From Bacteroidales bacterium (GTDB lineage: Bacteria > Bacteroidota > Bacteroidia > Bacteroidales > GCA-2748055), in NCBI GenBank assembly GCA_029938715.1, contig JAOZUK010000001.1, forward strand, positions 23,912 through 87,911: a stretch of DNA of 64,000 bases, given 5' to 3'. A program made the position numbers and the translations under genes. Each line of letters opens with the position of its first letter. The stretch's first letter is position 1. This document shows positions 36,624-45,236 of this stretch, in pieces. Below the pieces are notes generated by a model. The model had not been told where the DNA came from. It saw only the letters and a program-made list of their open reading frames with translations, and did not search any database.

Positions 36624-39383
36624 TTATTCAATTGAATAGTTGTATAAAAAGTTATTTGTGCTTCCCACGATCAGATTGAACCTGCTGTCTGATCCTGCAA
36701 AATAGCCTATACTAAACCTGGTTGATCCCTCCAGCGGAAATCCTTCATAAAGCGATCCGTCTGAATTGACCAGGTAAATCCTGTTCCGGGAGCGGTCTGA
36801 AATTCCAATTTTAACATCTGAGGGCGAAAATTTATATATATCGGGCATCTCACTGATCTTTCCCCTTACCCTGTAACTAAACAGCCGTTTCCCATCCTGG
36901 AGCAATACAGTTAACTCATCTCCATCGGCTATAATAAATTCAGGAATTCCATCTTTATTCAGATCTCCCATCCTGAAAAAATGATCGTTGGATACCTCCA
37001 GTTTAAGAAGTTCCGAAACAGTTCCATCCATATATACCGCTCTTACGCTCCCTGATGTGTCTGTGGAGATCCACCTGGGTTTCTCTTCCCTCAGATTCAT
37101 ATCCAGGGCGACAGGGTTCCGGGGAGAAAATGCGATGCGCTCCTTCACCTTGATGCGCTCCTTACCTCGCCTGTCCAGAAAATAGCTTCTGTTCCTATCA
37201 GATAACACGATATAATCCTTTTCTCTGATTCTGAAATGCTGAATCTCACCCGTCACAACTGACTCGGTTTTCCCAAACTTCCAACCGGTGAGCAGATTCC
37301 CCTCAATATCATACACGTAGATTTTGCGATCTTCCGCTGCCACAAACAGCCTGTAATCCCTGCTTTTATCATAGTCAAATAATGCCATGGCATTGGTTGC
37401 ATTGGACCTGAGTGAAATGGGATATCGCTCCACATAATTCCCATTCCTGTCGATCAAATGGATCTTTTCCGGGGTATTAAAGAGAAACTGCAACCTTCCA
37501 TTTTTATAAAAATCCACCTGATGAATGGTTCCCATAATGGGCCCGTCCAGAGGTAATTTCCAGAGAATCCTTCCTGTACTGTTGATCAGGTAAACGCGGT
37601 GAGCCTCATCCTGGACCATGATCTCCTTCTCTGAAGTGTTGTGATTTACTACGAGTACCGGTTTGGTGGCTGCTGAGGAATCCAGTAGACTCTCCCAGAC
37701 TGTCAGCGCTTTCTCCTTGATATGAGAGGTATACTTTAAGCTGACACTTTGATAATAGAGGCGATCCTCTGTACTGTATTGAACCACAACACCTGGAATT
37801 CTTCGCAGGAACAACTCCAGTGGCCCTAACTTTTCCAAAGCTCTCCCGCTCAGCAGCTCCTGCTTATAATCCAAGAAACTGAATGGCTTTAAGAATAAGG
37901 TGATATTACTTCTGTTAGAGAGGTAATCTGACATCTCTTTGTAGACCGGATCACTTATAAATGTTTTGTGAAGTACATTCTGGTAGATCACCCTGGATAT
38001 GGCATCAACGGAGGGTCCAAATATCAGATAGTTCTCAAACACCGTAAAATAGCTATTGAACATACGTGCTACAGGTGTTCCTCTGAAGAATGGGTCGGGC
38101 AAACTGTAAATATTAAAACTGGTCTGGCTATCCAGCCGGTATACATGCCGCAGTGAATTCATATCAAAGGAGTTGACCTGAAGATATTGCTCCACCCACC
38201 TCATCACAACCTCCATGGTTTCGCTGCGACTTCTGGTTTCAATAACCAACAACTCATCTTCGGTTTTCTCAGTTATACCTTCCATGGCAAACCAGGCCAT
38301 TTCATCATCCATAATGGTTGCCAGATCTTCAATAGGATCTATACCATACACCTTATCTAATCGCTGCAATTCAACCTCAATTTCCGACCCATGGCTAAGT
38401 CCCATCAAATAGGGGGTGATCTGTGCCCTGAACTTGGCCTGGTCACTTATACCCAGGTGCAGAAAATAGTTGATTCCTGAGGGTAATATTTCATGGATCT
38501 CCATCCTCACAGGCGATTGATCGGAGAATGCGCCAAGGAAAAAAGGAGCATTTGGATCCGAGTAAGTCATTCCATTGAGAATGAAAGCATCCTTTTTAAT
38601 GTCCAGATCCAATTCTCCCCACGAGGCAAGTTTCGAAAACAATCTGAGGATTTCCCAACGGGATTCGTCAATTACCGGATAAAACAGTTGTGGTAATCTT
38701 TCATAGTTAACATATACATTGGCATGGACATATCGTCCCTCTGTCTCCTTCACCATGCTCAATCCCAGCTCTTCGGTAAGATCACTCTCATCATGTATGG
38801 TACGAATGGATTGCTCCACCAGCATGGAGGATGAGCTTAACAGGCATAAACCGTTAATAGAACCAAACGTAAATTTTCCTGGAATAAGGCCTGGCTCCCC
38901 GGAAACATCATGCAAAGTTTCCGCCTCATATTTCCTGCTGTTAATCATGGCCTTCTCCTCCAGCAGGGAGATCATCAAATGATCAAATTCGTTTTCGCTG
39001 TACGAATCGGAATATTTCAGATAGAAGAGCGGCACAAGCTGCTCTTTACCCACCAGGTGAATAGAGAAGTGTAACCCCTCCTTTAAAAGAAGTTCTTTCA
39101 ATGGCTCCGATGAATTAACCTGTGCCAGTGCGATTTGAAGCAAAGAATCCAGTTCAGTCTGGCCTGTAGTATTTATAAAGTCTTTCCAGATCCTGTTCCC
39201 GGCCAGAAATGATTCTGTCAGGTACTCGAAATCAATATCCTCTACAAAGAGGATGGCGTCCTCAGGGACTGCTTCCAATATTTCAATGGGGCTGATTTTA
39301 TCAAATCTGCTCAGCAGGAATACAAGGATCAATGCAACACAAACCACAGCAAACAGCCCACCATATATAATACGCTTCAACAT
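36624..39383 (-). CDS. membrane-anchored protein with DUF3352-like region and C-terminal beta-propeller-like repeats
   Basis: N-terminal TM; repeated L(I/D)..G...W/FP blades and D-x-D/N-x-D-G-like loops (DFYKNG, DYDKSRD, DLNKDG). Confidence 0.7.
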   Translation of the reverse strand: MLKRIIYGGLFAVVCVALILVFLLSRFDKISPIEILEAVPEDAILFVEDIDFEYLTESFLAGNRIWKDFINTTGQTELDSLLQIALAQVNSSEPLKELLLKEGLHFSIHLVGKEQLVPLFYLKYSDSYSENEFDHLMISLLEEKAMINSRKYEAETLHDVSGEPGLIPGKFTFGSINGLCLLSSSSMLVEQSIRTIHDESDLTEELGLSMVKETEGRYVHANVYVNYERLPQLFYPVIDESRWEILRLFSKLASWGELDLDIKKDAFILNGMTYSDPNAPFFLGAFSDQSPVRMEIHEILPSGINYFLHLGISDQAKFRAQITPYLMGLSHGSEIEVELQRLDKVYGIDPIEDLATIMDDEMAWFAMEGITEKTEDELLVIETRSRSETMEVVMRWVEQYLQVNSFDMNSLRHVYRLDSQTSFNIYSLPDPFFRGTPVARMFNSYFTVFENYLIFGPSVDAISRVIYQNVLHKTFISDPVYKEMSDYLSNRSNITLFLKPFSFLDYKQELLSGRALEKLGPLELFLRRIPGVVVQYSTEDRLYYQSVSLKYTSHIKEKALTVWESLLDSSAATKPVLVVNHNTSEKEIMVQDEAHRVYLINSTGRILWKLPLDGPIMGTIHQVDFYKNGRLQFLFNTPEKIHLIDRNGNYVERYPISLRSNATNAMALFDYDKSRDYRLFVAAEDRKIYVYDIEGNLLTGWKFGKTESVVTGEIQHFRIREKDYIVLSDRNRSYFLDRRGKERIKVKERIAFSPRNPVALDMNLREEKPRWISTDTSGSVRAVYMDGTVSELLKLEVSNDHFFRMGDLNKDGIPEFIIADGDELTVLLQDGKRLFSYRVRGKISEMPDIYKFSPSDVKIGISDRSRNRIYLVNSDGSLYEGFPLEGSTRFSIGYFAGSDSRFNLIVGSTNNFLYNYSIE

Positions 39384-39488
39384 ACCAGATTGGTTTAACC
39401 CAAAAATATAAATTTCACAAGCAGGTTAGCGGGAAAATTACCAACACTTCCGCTACTTGTCCACAAGGGATTCAGGTCAAAACCATTA

Positions 39489-39514
39489 TTGGTACAGTTT
39501 TTGCTTTACTTTTG
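39489..39514 (+). promoter_or_regulatory. sigma54-type TTGGTAC-N5-TTGC motif followed by a sigma70 -7 element TACTTTTG
   Basis: GG(39491-2)-N10-GC(39503-4) spacing; TACTTTTG at 39507-39514; both precede ATG 39531. Confidence 0.5.
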
Positions 39515-39530
39515 CGTATTTTTTAATCCC

Positions 39531-41921
39531 ATGCTTTTTCGTACCCTATTCATAATTAGCACGTTAATTTCAACTCTGCAGCTATATGGGCAACAGGTTC
39601 AGGTAATCAGCTCTTCGGACCGGTCCGCCATTGAACATGTAGCGGTATACAATACCACCCGGGAAAGATCAGCCCTTACCGACTCCCTGGGGATGATCGA
39701 CCTGCGCATTTTCCCCATGACAGATACCATTGTCTTTCAGCATCCCTCCTTTGTAAACCGTCAATTCAGCCACCAACAAATTACCGATCAGTCCACAATT
39801 GTTCTTCACAGAAAACGGATTTTAATCGATGAGTATGTCATCTCAGCTTCGAAATCGAGGGAGAGCAAGCTGATTATTCCCAACATGGTGGATGTGATTG
39901 AAGAGAAAGAACTTAAAGAATCCACAGGGCTAACCGCTGCAGAGATTCTGGAAGGAACGGGTAACATCATGGTGCAAAAAACACAGGGAGGAGGGGGAAG
40001 TCCAATTCTTCGTGGTTTTGAGGCCAATAAGATCCTTCTTGTGCTGGATGGGGTCAGGCTGAACAACGCCATCTATCGCAACGGGCACCTGCAGAATTCC
40101 ATCACCATCGATCATGCCATTCTGAACAGAACCGAGATCATTTTCGGACCCTCATCCATTATGTATGGGAGCGATGCCCTGGGGGGAGTTATCCACTACT
40201 ATACAAAGGATCCTGAACTGGGCCGAGCCGACTCCACAAAGATGAATCTACAGGCTTATGTGCAATATGCAACAGCAGTAAAAGGGAAAACCGGTCACCT
40301 CGACTTCTCCCTGGGAAGAAAGCACTGGGGATTTCTAACCAGTGTTACCTATAAAGACCTGGGAGATATCCGTATTGGTGAACGGCGAAGCCCCTATCTG
40401 GGAGATTGGGGTAAAGTTATGCACTATGTGGACCAGGTGAATGGAGTGGATTCCACCCTGGCCAACGAAAATACACTGATCCAGAAGAATACTGGTTACA
40501 GCCAGCTTGACCTTCTACAAAAGATACGATATACACCCTCCCAGTATGTGGACTGGGTGCTCAACCTTCAGTATTCCACATCGTCGAATATCGACCGGCT
40601 CGACAAACTGAACGATTACAGTGGGGAGAACCTGAAATATGCCTCCTGGTATTATGGACCCCAGGAAAGGCTGCTTATTTCCCTGAAAAATGTTGTAAAA
40701 AAAGACAACTGGCTATTCACCAACATGACCTCCATAGTGGCCTTCCAAAATGTGGATGAAGATCGCAACTCGCGTAATTTCAGGAACGAAGAGCTACTCA
40801 CACAGCTGGAGAATGTGAAGGTGTTAAGCTTGAATGTGGACCTGCTGAAGATCTGGGGAGTCAACCATAAACTGAATTATGGGGTGGAGGTCAATCAAAA
40901 CCGGGTGGGATCTCAGGCATGGTATGAGAACATCCATACCGGGAAAAGAGATTCCGCCCAGACCCGTTACCCCGAGGGGGGCAGTGAAACCTTGAGCGCT
41001 TCAGCATATGCCAGTTACAAATGGATCTTACATAAAAAACTGGTGCTGAACGGGGGGGGCAGATACAACTGGGGCCAGTTGACCTCCCTGTTTGACAATC
41101 CTTTGCTTAATTATGACCGGATCCATATCAATCATGGGGCCCTTACAGGCAGTTTAGGACTGGTCTATAAACCATCGGACCGCTGGCAGCTAAACACCAT
41201 TCTCTCTACCGGATTCAGAAATCCCAATGTGGATGACTATGGTAAAGTAAGGGCTAAAGACGATTTCGTTATCGTTCCCAATCCTGACATCTCCCCCGAG
41301 TATACCTACAATGCAGAGCTTGGAATAAGCCGGATTGTGGAGGGTTACATAAAGATCGAGGTGGTGGGTTACTACAGCTTTCTGAAAGATGCCATTGTGC
41401 GAACCAATTACCAGTTAAATGGCGAAGACTCTCTCTTTTACGATGGCGATACCTACAAAATAACAACCAATTACAATGCAGGAGAGGCCTATATTTATGG
41501 CGCTTCACTGGGGGTGACGGCCAACCTGAATAAAAGCATCCTTCTGAAGGGAACCCTCAACTATACACGGGGCTACAATCTGACAGATGATGTACCCCTG
41601 GGGCATATCCCCCCTCTGTTCGGACGCACCTCCCTCACATACAGAAAAAGCAGATTCTTCATTGATACATATATGGTCTATCAGGGATGGAAGGATATTG
41701 AGGATTTCTCACCCTTTGGTGAAGATAATGAGGGTGAAGCCATGAAGTATGGCTTTCCTTCGTGGTGGACATTAAACATGAAAGCCGGTTTTGAAGTGCT
41801 GAAATATTTTGATCTTATGGTGGCTGTGGAAAACATCTTTGACCAGTTCTATAAACCCTATGCCTCTGGCATAAGTGCACCCGGAAGAAACTTCATTTTC
41901 ACAGCCAGGTTTACCATTTAA
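39531..41921 (+). CDS. TonB-dependent receptor (haem/haemoglobin-receptor-like class; substrate unknown)
   Basis: Plug motifs [31 protein letters not shown]; TGFRNPN; C-terminal [13 protein letters not shown]. Confidence 0.9.
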   Translation: MLFRTLFIISTLISTLQLYGQQVQVISSSDRSAIEHVAVYNTTRERSALTDSLGMIDLRIFPMTDTIVFQHPSFVNRQFSHQQITDQSTIVLHRKRILIDEYVISASKSRESKLIIPNMVDVIEEKELKESTGLTAAEILEGTGNIMVQKTQGGGGSPILRGFEANKILLVLDGVRLNNAIYRNGHLQNSITIDHAILNRTEIIFGPSSIMYGSDALGGVIHYYTKDPELGRADSTKMNLQAYVQYATAVKGKTGHLDFSLGRKHWGFLTSVTYKDLGDIRIGERRSPYLGDWGKVMHYVDQVNGVDSTLANENTLIQKNTGYSQLDLLQKIRYTPSQYVDWVLNLQYSTSSNIDRLDKLNDYSGENLKYASWYYGPQERLLISLKNVVKKDNWLFTNMTSIVAFQNVDEDRNSRNFRNEELLTQLENVKVLSLNVDLLKIWGVNHKLNYGVEVNQNRVGSQAWYENIHTGKRDSAQTRYPEGGSETLSASAYASYKWILHKKLVLNGGGRYNWGQLTSLFDNPLLNYDRIHINHGALTGSLGLVYKPSDRWQLNTILSTGFRNPNVDDYGKVRAKDDFVIVPNPDISPEYTYNAELGISRIVEGYIKIEVVGYYSFLKDAIVRTNYQLNGEDSLFYDGDTYKITTNYNAGEAYIYGASLGVTANLNKSILLKGTLNYTRGYNLTDDVPLGHIPPLFGRTSLTYRKSRFFIDTYMVYQGWKDIEDFSPFGEDNEGEAMKYGFPSWWTLNMKAGFEVLKYFDLMVAVENIFDQFYKPYASGISAPGRNFIFTARFTI

Positions 41922-41961
41922 ACCTTTGTACAGGTCGGGCACATTTGGTATCTTTCAGGCA

Positions 41962-42639
41962 ATGCAAACAGTAAATCCAGTTATCGAAGAGGGGTGGAAA
42001 GAGATCCTGATGGATGAATTTCAATCAACCTACTTCAGTGAATTGAAGGCGTTCCTGGTGGAGGAGAAAAAGAGATACACCATCTATCCTCCTGGTAATC
42101 TTATATTTAACGCATTTCAACACACTCCCTTTGACCGGGTAAAAGCCGTTATCCTGGGACAGGATCCCTATCATGGAAAGGGCCAGGCACACGGGCTCTG
42201 CTTTTCGGTGCCCCCTGGAATTCCTGCACCACCCTCCCTGGTCAATATTTTCAAAGAGTTAAAGTCGGACCTGGGTATTCCGGTCCCCTCCCATGGCAAC
42301 CTGGTCAAGTGGGCCGACCAGGGGGTCCTTTTACTCAATGCAACACTGACCGTAAGAGACAGCCAGGCAGGATCCCACCAAAAAAAGGGCTGGGAAACCT
42401 TCACAAACCGTGTGATTGAAAATATATCCAAACATAAATCAGGAATAGTTTTTCTATTGTGGGGAAGGTACGCACAGGCCAAAGAAGCCCTTATTGATGG
42501 GAACAGGCACCTGGTCCTGAAATCGGCCCATCCCTCGCCCCTTTCCGCCTACAATGGCTTTTTCGGCTGTAAACATTTCTCCAGGACCAACGAATACCTT
42601 GAACATCAGGCTAAATCAGAAATTGATTGGACACTGTAA
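41962..42639 (+). CDS. ung: uracil-DNA glycosylase (family 1)
   Basis: [26 protein letters not shown]; ATG at 41962. Confidence 0.97.
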   Translation: MQTVNPVIEEGWKEILMDEFQSTYFSELKAFLVEEKKRYTIYPPGNLIFNAFQHTPFDRVKAVILGQDPYHGKGQAHGLCFSVPPGIPAPPSLVNIFKELKSDLGIPVPSHGNLVKWADQGVLLLNATLTVRDSQAGSHQKKGWETFTNRVIENISKHKSGIVFLLWGRYAQAKEALIDGNRHLVLKSAHPSPLSAYNGFFGCKHFSRTNEYLEHQAKSEIDWTL

Positions 42640-42644
42640 CCACT

Positions 42645-42660
42645 TTGGCACGCGATTTGT
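42645..42660 (+). promoter_or_regulatory. sigma54 (-24/-12) promoter motif TTGGCACGCGATTTGT
   Basis: Matches TGGCACG-N4-TTG; lies 5 nt after the ung stop and points into a gap with no long ORF. Confidence 0.6.
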
Positions 42661-42671
42661 ACCTATAAAAG

Positions 42672-42747
42672 TGACAGTTTATCCAATCATATTCCCTGAC
42701 AAATTCGGGGCCAGGTCCGTCTCACACAGGCGGACTTTTATTTTTTT
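42672..42747 (+). ncRNA. candidate ~75-nt sigma54-dependent small RNA
   Basis: Bounded by the sigma54 motif and an intrinsic terminator; internal hairpin CCCUGA/UCGGGG; 5' end inferred. Confidence 0.4.
42713..42747 (+). terminator. intrinsic terminator
   Basis: AGGUCCGUCU-CACAC-AGGCGGACUU 10-bp stem followed by UUAUUUUUUU. Confidence 0.8.
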
Positions 42748-42760
42748 ATCCCCTCAGGGA

Positions 42761-42872
42761 TAAGTCACCCAATTCAATATCTCCAGGTTTTTCAACCGGT
42801 GCTGAAATCCTTTTCAAATAAAGGATTAAGGCACCTACGTTTAAAAACCTTCCGATATTCTTGGGTGACTTA
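42761..42872 (-). ncRNA. rod-like structured element A (112 nt)
   Basis: Perfect 12-bp terminal IR TAAGTCACCCAA/TTGGGTGACTTA plus nested stems AATATC, AGGTTTTT, GGTGC, AATCCTTT; strand inferred from motifs shared with element C. Confidence 0.55.
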
Positions 42873-42890
42873 GAATTGAGGAGATAAAAT

Positions 42891-42943
42891 GGGGGCGTTG
42901 AGATTTGGAATACTAAGAACAGTGACTATTTTCAACGCTCCCC
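42891..42943 (+). other. hairpin B
   Basis: GGGGGCGUUGAGA pairs with UUUCAACGCUCCC (13 bp, two G-U on the plus strand). Confidence 0.5.
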
Positions 42944-42947
42944 CACC

Positions 42948-43061
42948 AAACCCTTCTAAAATTACCTGGAGTATGTGTTAGTGAGCTACCTATAATCCTT
43001 TCTGCGAAAGGATTTCAGTAGCGAACTAATATATACGGAAGGTGAACTGCTAGAAGGGTTT
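42948..43061 (+). ncRNA. rod-like structured element C (114 nt), overlapping the trpS stop codon in antisense
   Basis: 11-bp terminal IR AAACCCTTCTA/TAGAAGGGTTT; GGA/GGA and GA/GA internal loops; 12-bp stem with G-U pairs on the plus strand; apical AATCCTTTC/GAAAGGATT. Confidence 0.55.
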
Positions 43062-44039
43062 ATACCCTATTATTTCGCGGACTTCCCGAACGGTTTTGGA
43101 TGCACTCTCGCGTGCCTTTTCTGCACCCATTTTCACTACCTTTCTCAAATACTCGGAGTCATTATGGATGTCATTGATCCGTTCACGGATGGGAGTGGTG
43201 AAGTTGATTACATCCTCGGCCAGCTGTTTTTTCAGGTCCCCATAGCGTATGGAGCAGTTGTTGTAATTGTCGCGGAAATGCTGCACGGTATCGGGAGTGG
43301 AAAGCAAATCAAGAAGATAGAAGAGGTTGGCAATGGGTTCTGTCATGGGAGAATTGGGCTCCTGTGGCCCTGCATCGGTCACCGCGCGCATTACCTTTTT
43401 CCTGATCACTGAAGGTTCATCTGACAGATAGATCCCGTTTCCCTCACTTTTACCCATCTTCCCGGTTCCATCCAGACCGGGGACTTTTACCAGTTTCTCT
43501 CCAAAATTGTAAGGCTCGGGCAACGTAAAATACTCCACTCCGTACATGTGATTAAAACGCCTGGCAAACTTGCGGGCCATCTCCAGGTTCTGCTCCTGAT
43601 CCTTTCCCACCGGAACCTTATCTGCATTGTGAATGATGATATCGGCACACATCAGAACCGGATAGGTCAGAAGCCCTGCATTGATATTTTCCGGCTGTTT
43701 CCTGATCTTATCCTTGAAAGTGGTGGTGCGCTCCAGCTCACCCACATAGGCATTCATATTCAGCAATAGATAGAGCTCGGAGATCTCGGGCACATCACTT
43801 TGAATGTAAAGCGTGGCCACCTCGGGGTCCAGTCCCGCTGCAAGGTATTCTGAAATTACGGTACGAATGTTTTTATGAAGATTCTCGGGTGTGGGGTGTG
43901 TGGTCAGTGCATGATAATCAGCAACAAAAAAGTAACACCTGTTTTCGTGCTGCATCTTTACAAAATTCTTAACCGCTCCAAAATAGTTGCCCAGGTGAAG
44001 GTTTCCGGTCGACCTGATTCCGCTTAATACTGTGTCCAT
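43050..44039 (-). CDS. trpS: tryptophan--tRNA ligase
   Basis: SGIRSTGNLHLGNY, YPVLMCADI, VPVGKDQEQ, KMGKS. Confidence 0.98.
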   Translation of the reverse strand: MDTVLSGIRSTGNLHLGNYFGAVKNFVKMQHENRCYFFVADYHALTTHPTPENLHKNIRTVISEYLAAGLDPEVATLYIQSDVPEISELYLLLNMNAYVGELERTTTFKDKIRKQPENINAGLLTYPVLMCADIIIHNADKVPVGKDQEQNLEMARKFARRFNHMYGVEYFTLPEPYNFGEKLVKVPGLDGTGKMGKSEGNGIYLSDEPSVIRKKVMRAVTDAGPQEPNSPMTEPIANLFYLLDLLSTPDTVQHFRDNYNNCSIRYGDLKKQLAEDVINFTTPIRERINDIHNDSEYLRKVVKMGAEKARESASKTVREVREIIGYKPF

Positions 44040-44043
44040 CGTG

Positions 44044-44080
44044 CAAAACTATAAAATGTTATTGAAAAAACGTACTTTTG
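44044..44080. promoter_or_regulatory. divergent -7 elements abutting the trpS and rbfA start codons
   Basis: TAGTTTTG (minus, 44044-44051) is 4 nt from the trpS ATG; TACTTTTG (plus, 44073-44080) is 5 nt from the rbfA ATG. Confidence 0.6.
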
Positions 44081-44085
44081 CCACC

Positions 44086-44424
44086 ATGACCACAACCCGT
44101 CAGAATAAAGTGTCAAGGTTGCTTCAAAAGGAGCTTGGTGATTACCTGCAAAGAACCGGATCCGGGCTTACCGGAGGTAAAATGGTAACAGTAACGGTGG
44201 TCCGGATCAGCCCCGATCTGGGTGTGGCTAAAATCTATCTCAGTATTTTTCCAGGAGACGGGGCAGAAGAGGCACTTCAAGCCATTTCCGGCAAAGCAGG
44301 TCTCTTTCGGAAAGAGATGGGTAATAGGCTTAGAAACCAGCTAAGGCATATCCCTGAACTTGCATTTTTCCTGGACGATTCGCTCGATTACATCGACCGC
44401 ATCGAAAACCTATTAAATGAATAG
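44086..44424 (+). CDS. rbfA: 30S ribosome-binding factor A
   Basis: TRQNKV..LLQKEL, VTVTVVRISPDL..AKIYLS, LRHIPEL.F.LDDS. Confidence 0.95.
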   Translation: MTTTRQNKVSRLLQKELGDYLQRTGSGLTGGKMVTVTVVRISPDLGVAKIYLSIFPGDGAEEALQAISGKAGLFRKEMGNRLRNQLRHIPELAFFLDDSLDYIDRIENLLNE

Positions 44425-44426
44425 AA

Positions 44427-45236
44427 ATGCAGTACGATCCCATCAAGCAAAGCCTTGGTAAAATATTCAACAGCACTCCATTGCTCAGAAAGTTGTTCTA
44501 CAGGTTGCTGGATCTGCTGCTTCTGCGCTCCTGGCATATTCGCCGCGAATTAGGTCATCTGAAAAAGGAAGGATTCATTCCTGCTCATATTGCTGATGCA
44601 GGCTCTGGATTTGGACAGTATGTTTATTATCTGTCGAAAAAATTTCCCCTAGCCCAGATCACAGGCCTGGATATCAAACAAGAACAAGTGGACGACTGCA
44701 ATGCCTTTTTCTCCTCCATCGGATTGAAGGAGCGTGTGAATTTTAAATATGCCGACCTGACCACACTGGAAGCAAAAGAAAATTATGACCTTATTCTCTC
44801 TGTGGATGTGATGGAGCATATCGAAGAGGATAGGGCTGTATTTCAACGATTTTACAAGGATTTGAAACCAGGAGGTGTATTGCTGATCTCGACCCCTTCG
44901 GACCAGGGTGGTTCGAATGTGCACCATGAGCATGAAGAGTCCTTTATTGACGAGCACGTGAGAGATGGATATGGAGTGGATGATATAGATGAAAAACTGA
45001 GGGAGGCTGGTTTTTCTGATATTCATATTCTATATTCCTACGGAAAGCCAGGGAGTTTATCATGGAAACTCTCTATGAAGTACCCCATTCAACTGGTCAA
45101 TTTCAGTAAGCTCTTCCTAATACTACTGCCTTTCTACTACCTGGTTACCTATCCCATTTCCTATTGCTTGAACGGAGCGGACGTGAGAAGAGAACACAAA
45201 GCCGGAACCGGACTTATTGTCAGGTGTAAAAAGTGA
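44427..45236 (+). CDS. class I SAM-dependent methyltransferase
   Basis: DAGSGFG motif I, DVMEHIEED, LKPGG.L.ISTP, HVRDGY. Confidence 0.9.
   Translation: MQYDPIKQSLGKIFNSTPLLRKLFYRLLDLLLLRSWHIRRELGHLKKEGFIPAHIADAGSGFGQYVYYLSKKFPLAQITGLDIKQEQVDDCNAFFSSIGLKERVNFKYADLTTLEAKENYDLILSVDVMEHIEEDRAVFQRFYKDLKPGGVLLISTPSDQGGSNVHHEHEESFIDEHVRDGYGVDDIDEKLREAGFSDIHILYSYGKPGSLSWKLSMKYPIQLVNFSKLFLILLPFYYLVTYPISYCLNGADVRREHKAGTGLIVRCKK

Noticed and set aside
41052-41059. G8 tract in the TonB receptor as a contingency locus
   Set aside because: The frame is intact, it encodes Gly-Gly-Gly, and it is short; there is no evidence without reads
42554-42763. 69-aa ORF crossing the ung end
   Set aside because: It overlaps ung out of frame and runs through an intrinsic terminator
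42761-43061. Calling elements A/C SRP RNA, tRNA, CRISPR repeats or integron attC sites
   Set aside because: There is no SRP domain IV GNRA loop with CAGG/AGCA, no cloverleaf, no repeat-spacer periodicity, no RYYYAAC/GTTRRRY ends and no integrase or cas gene. 6S RNA is not excluded, but no large central bubble is evident
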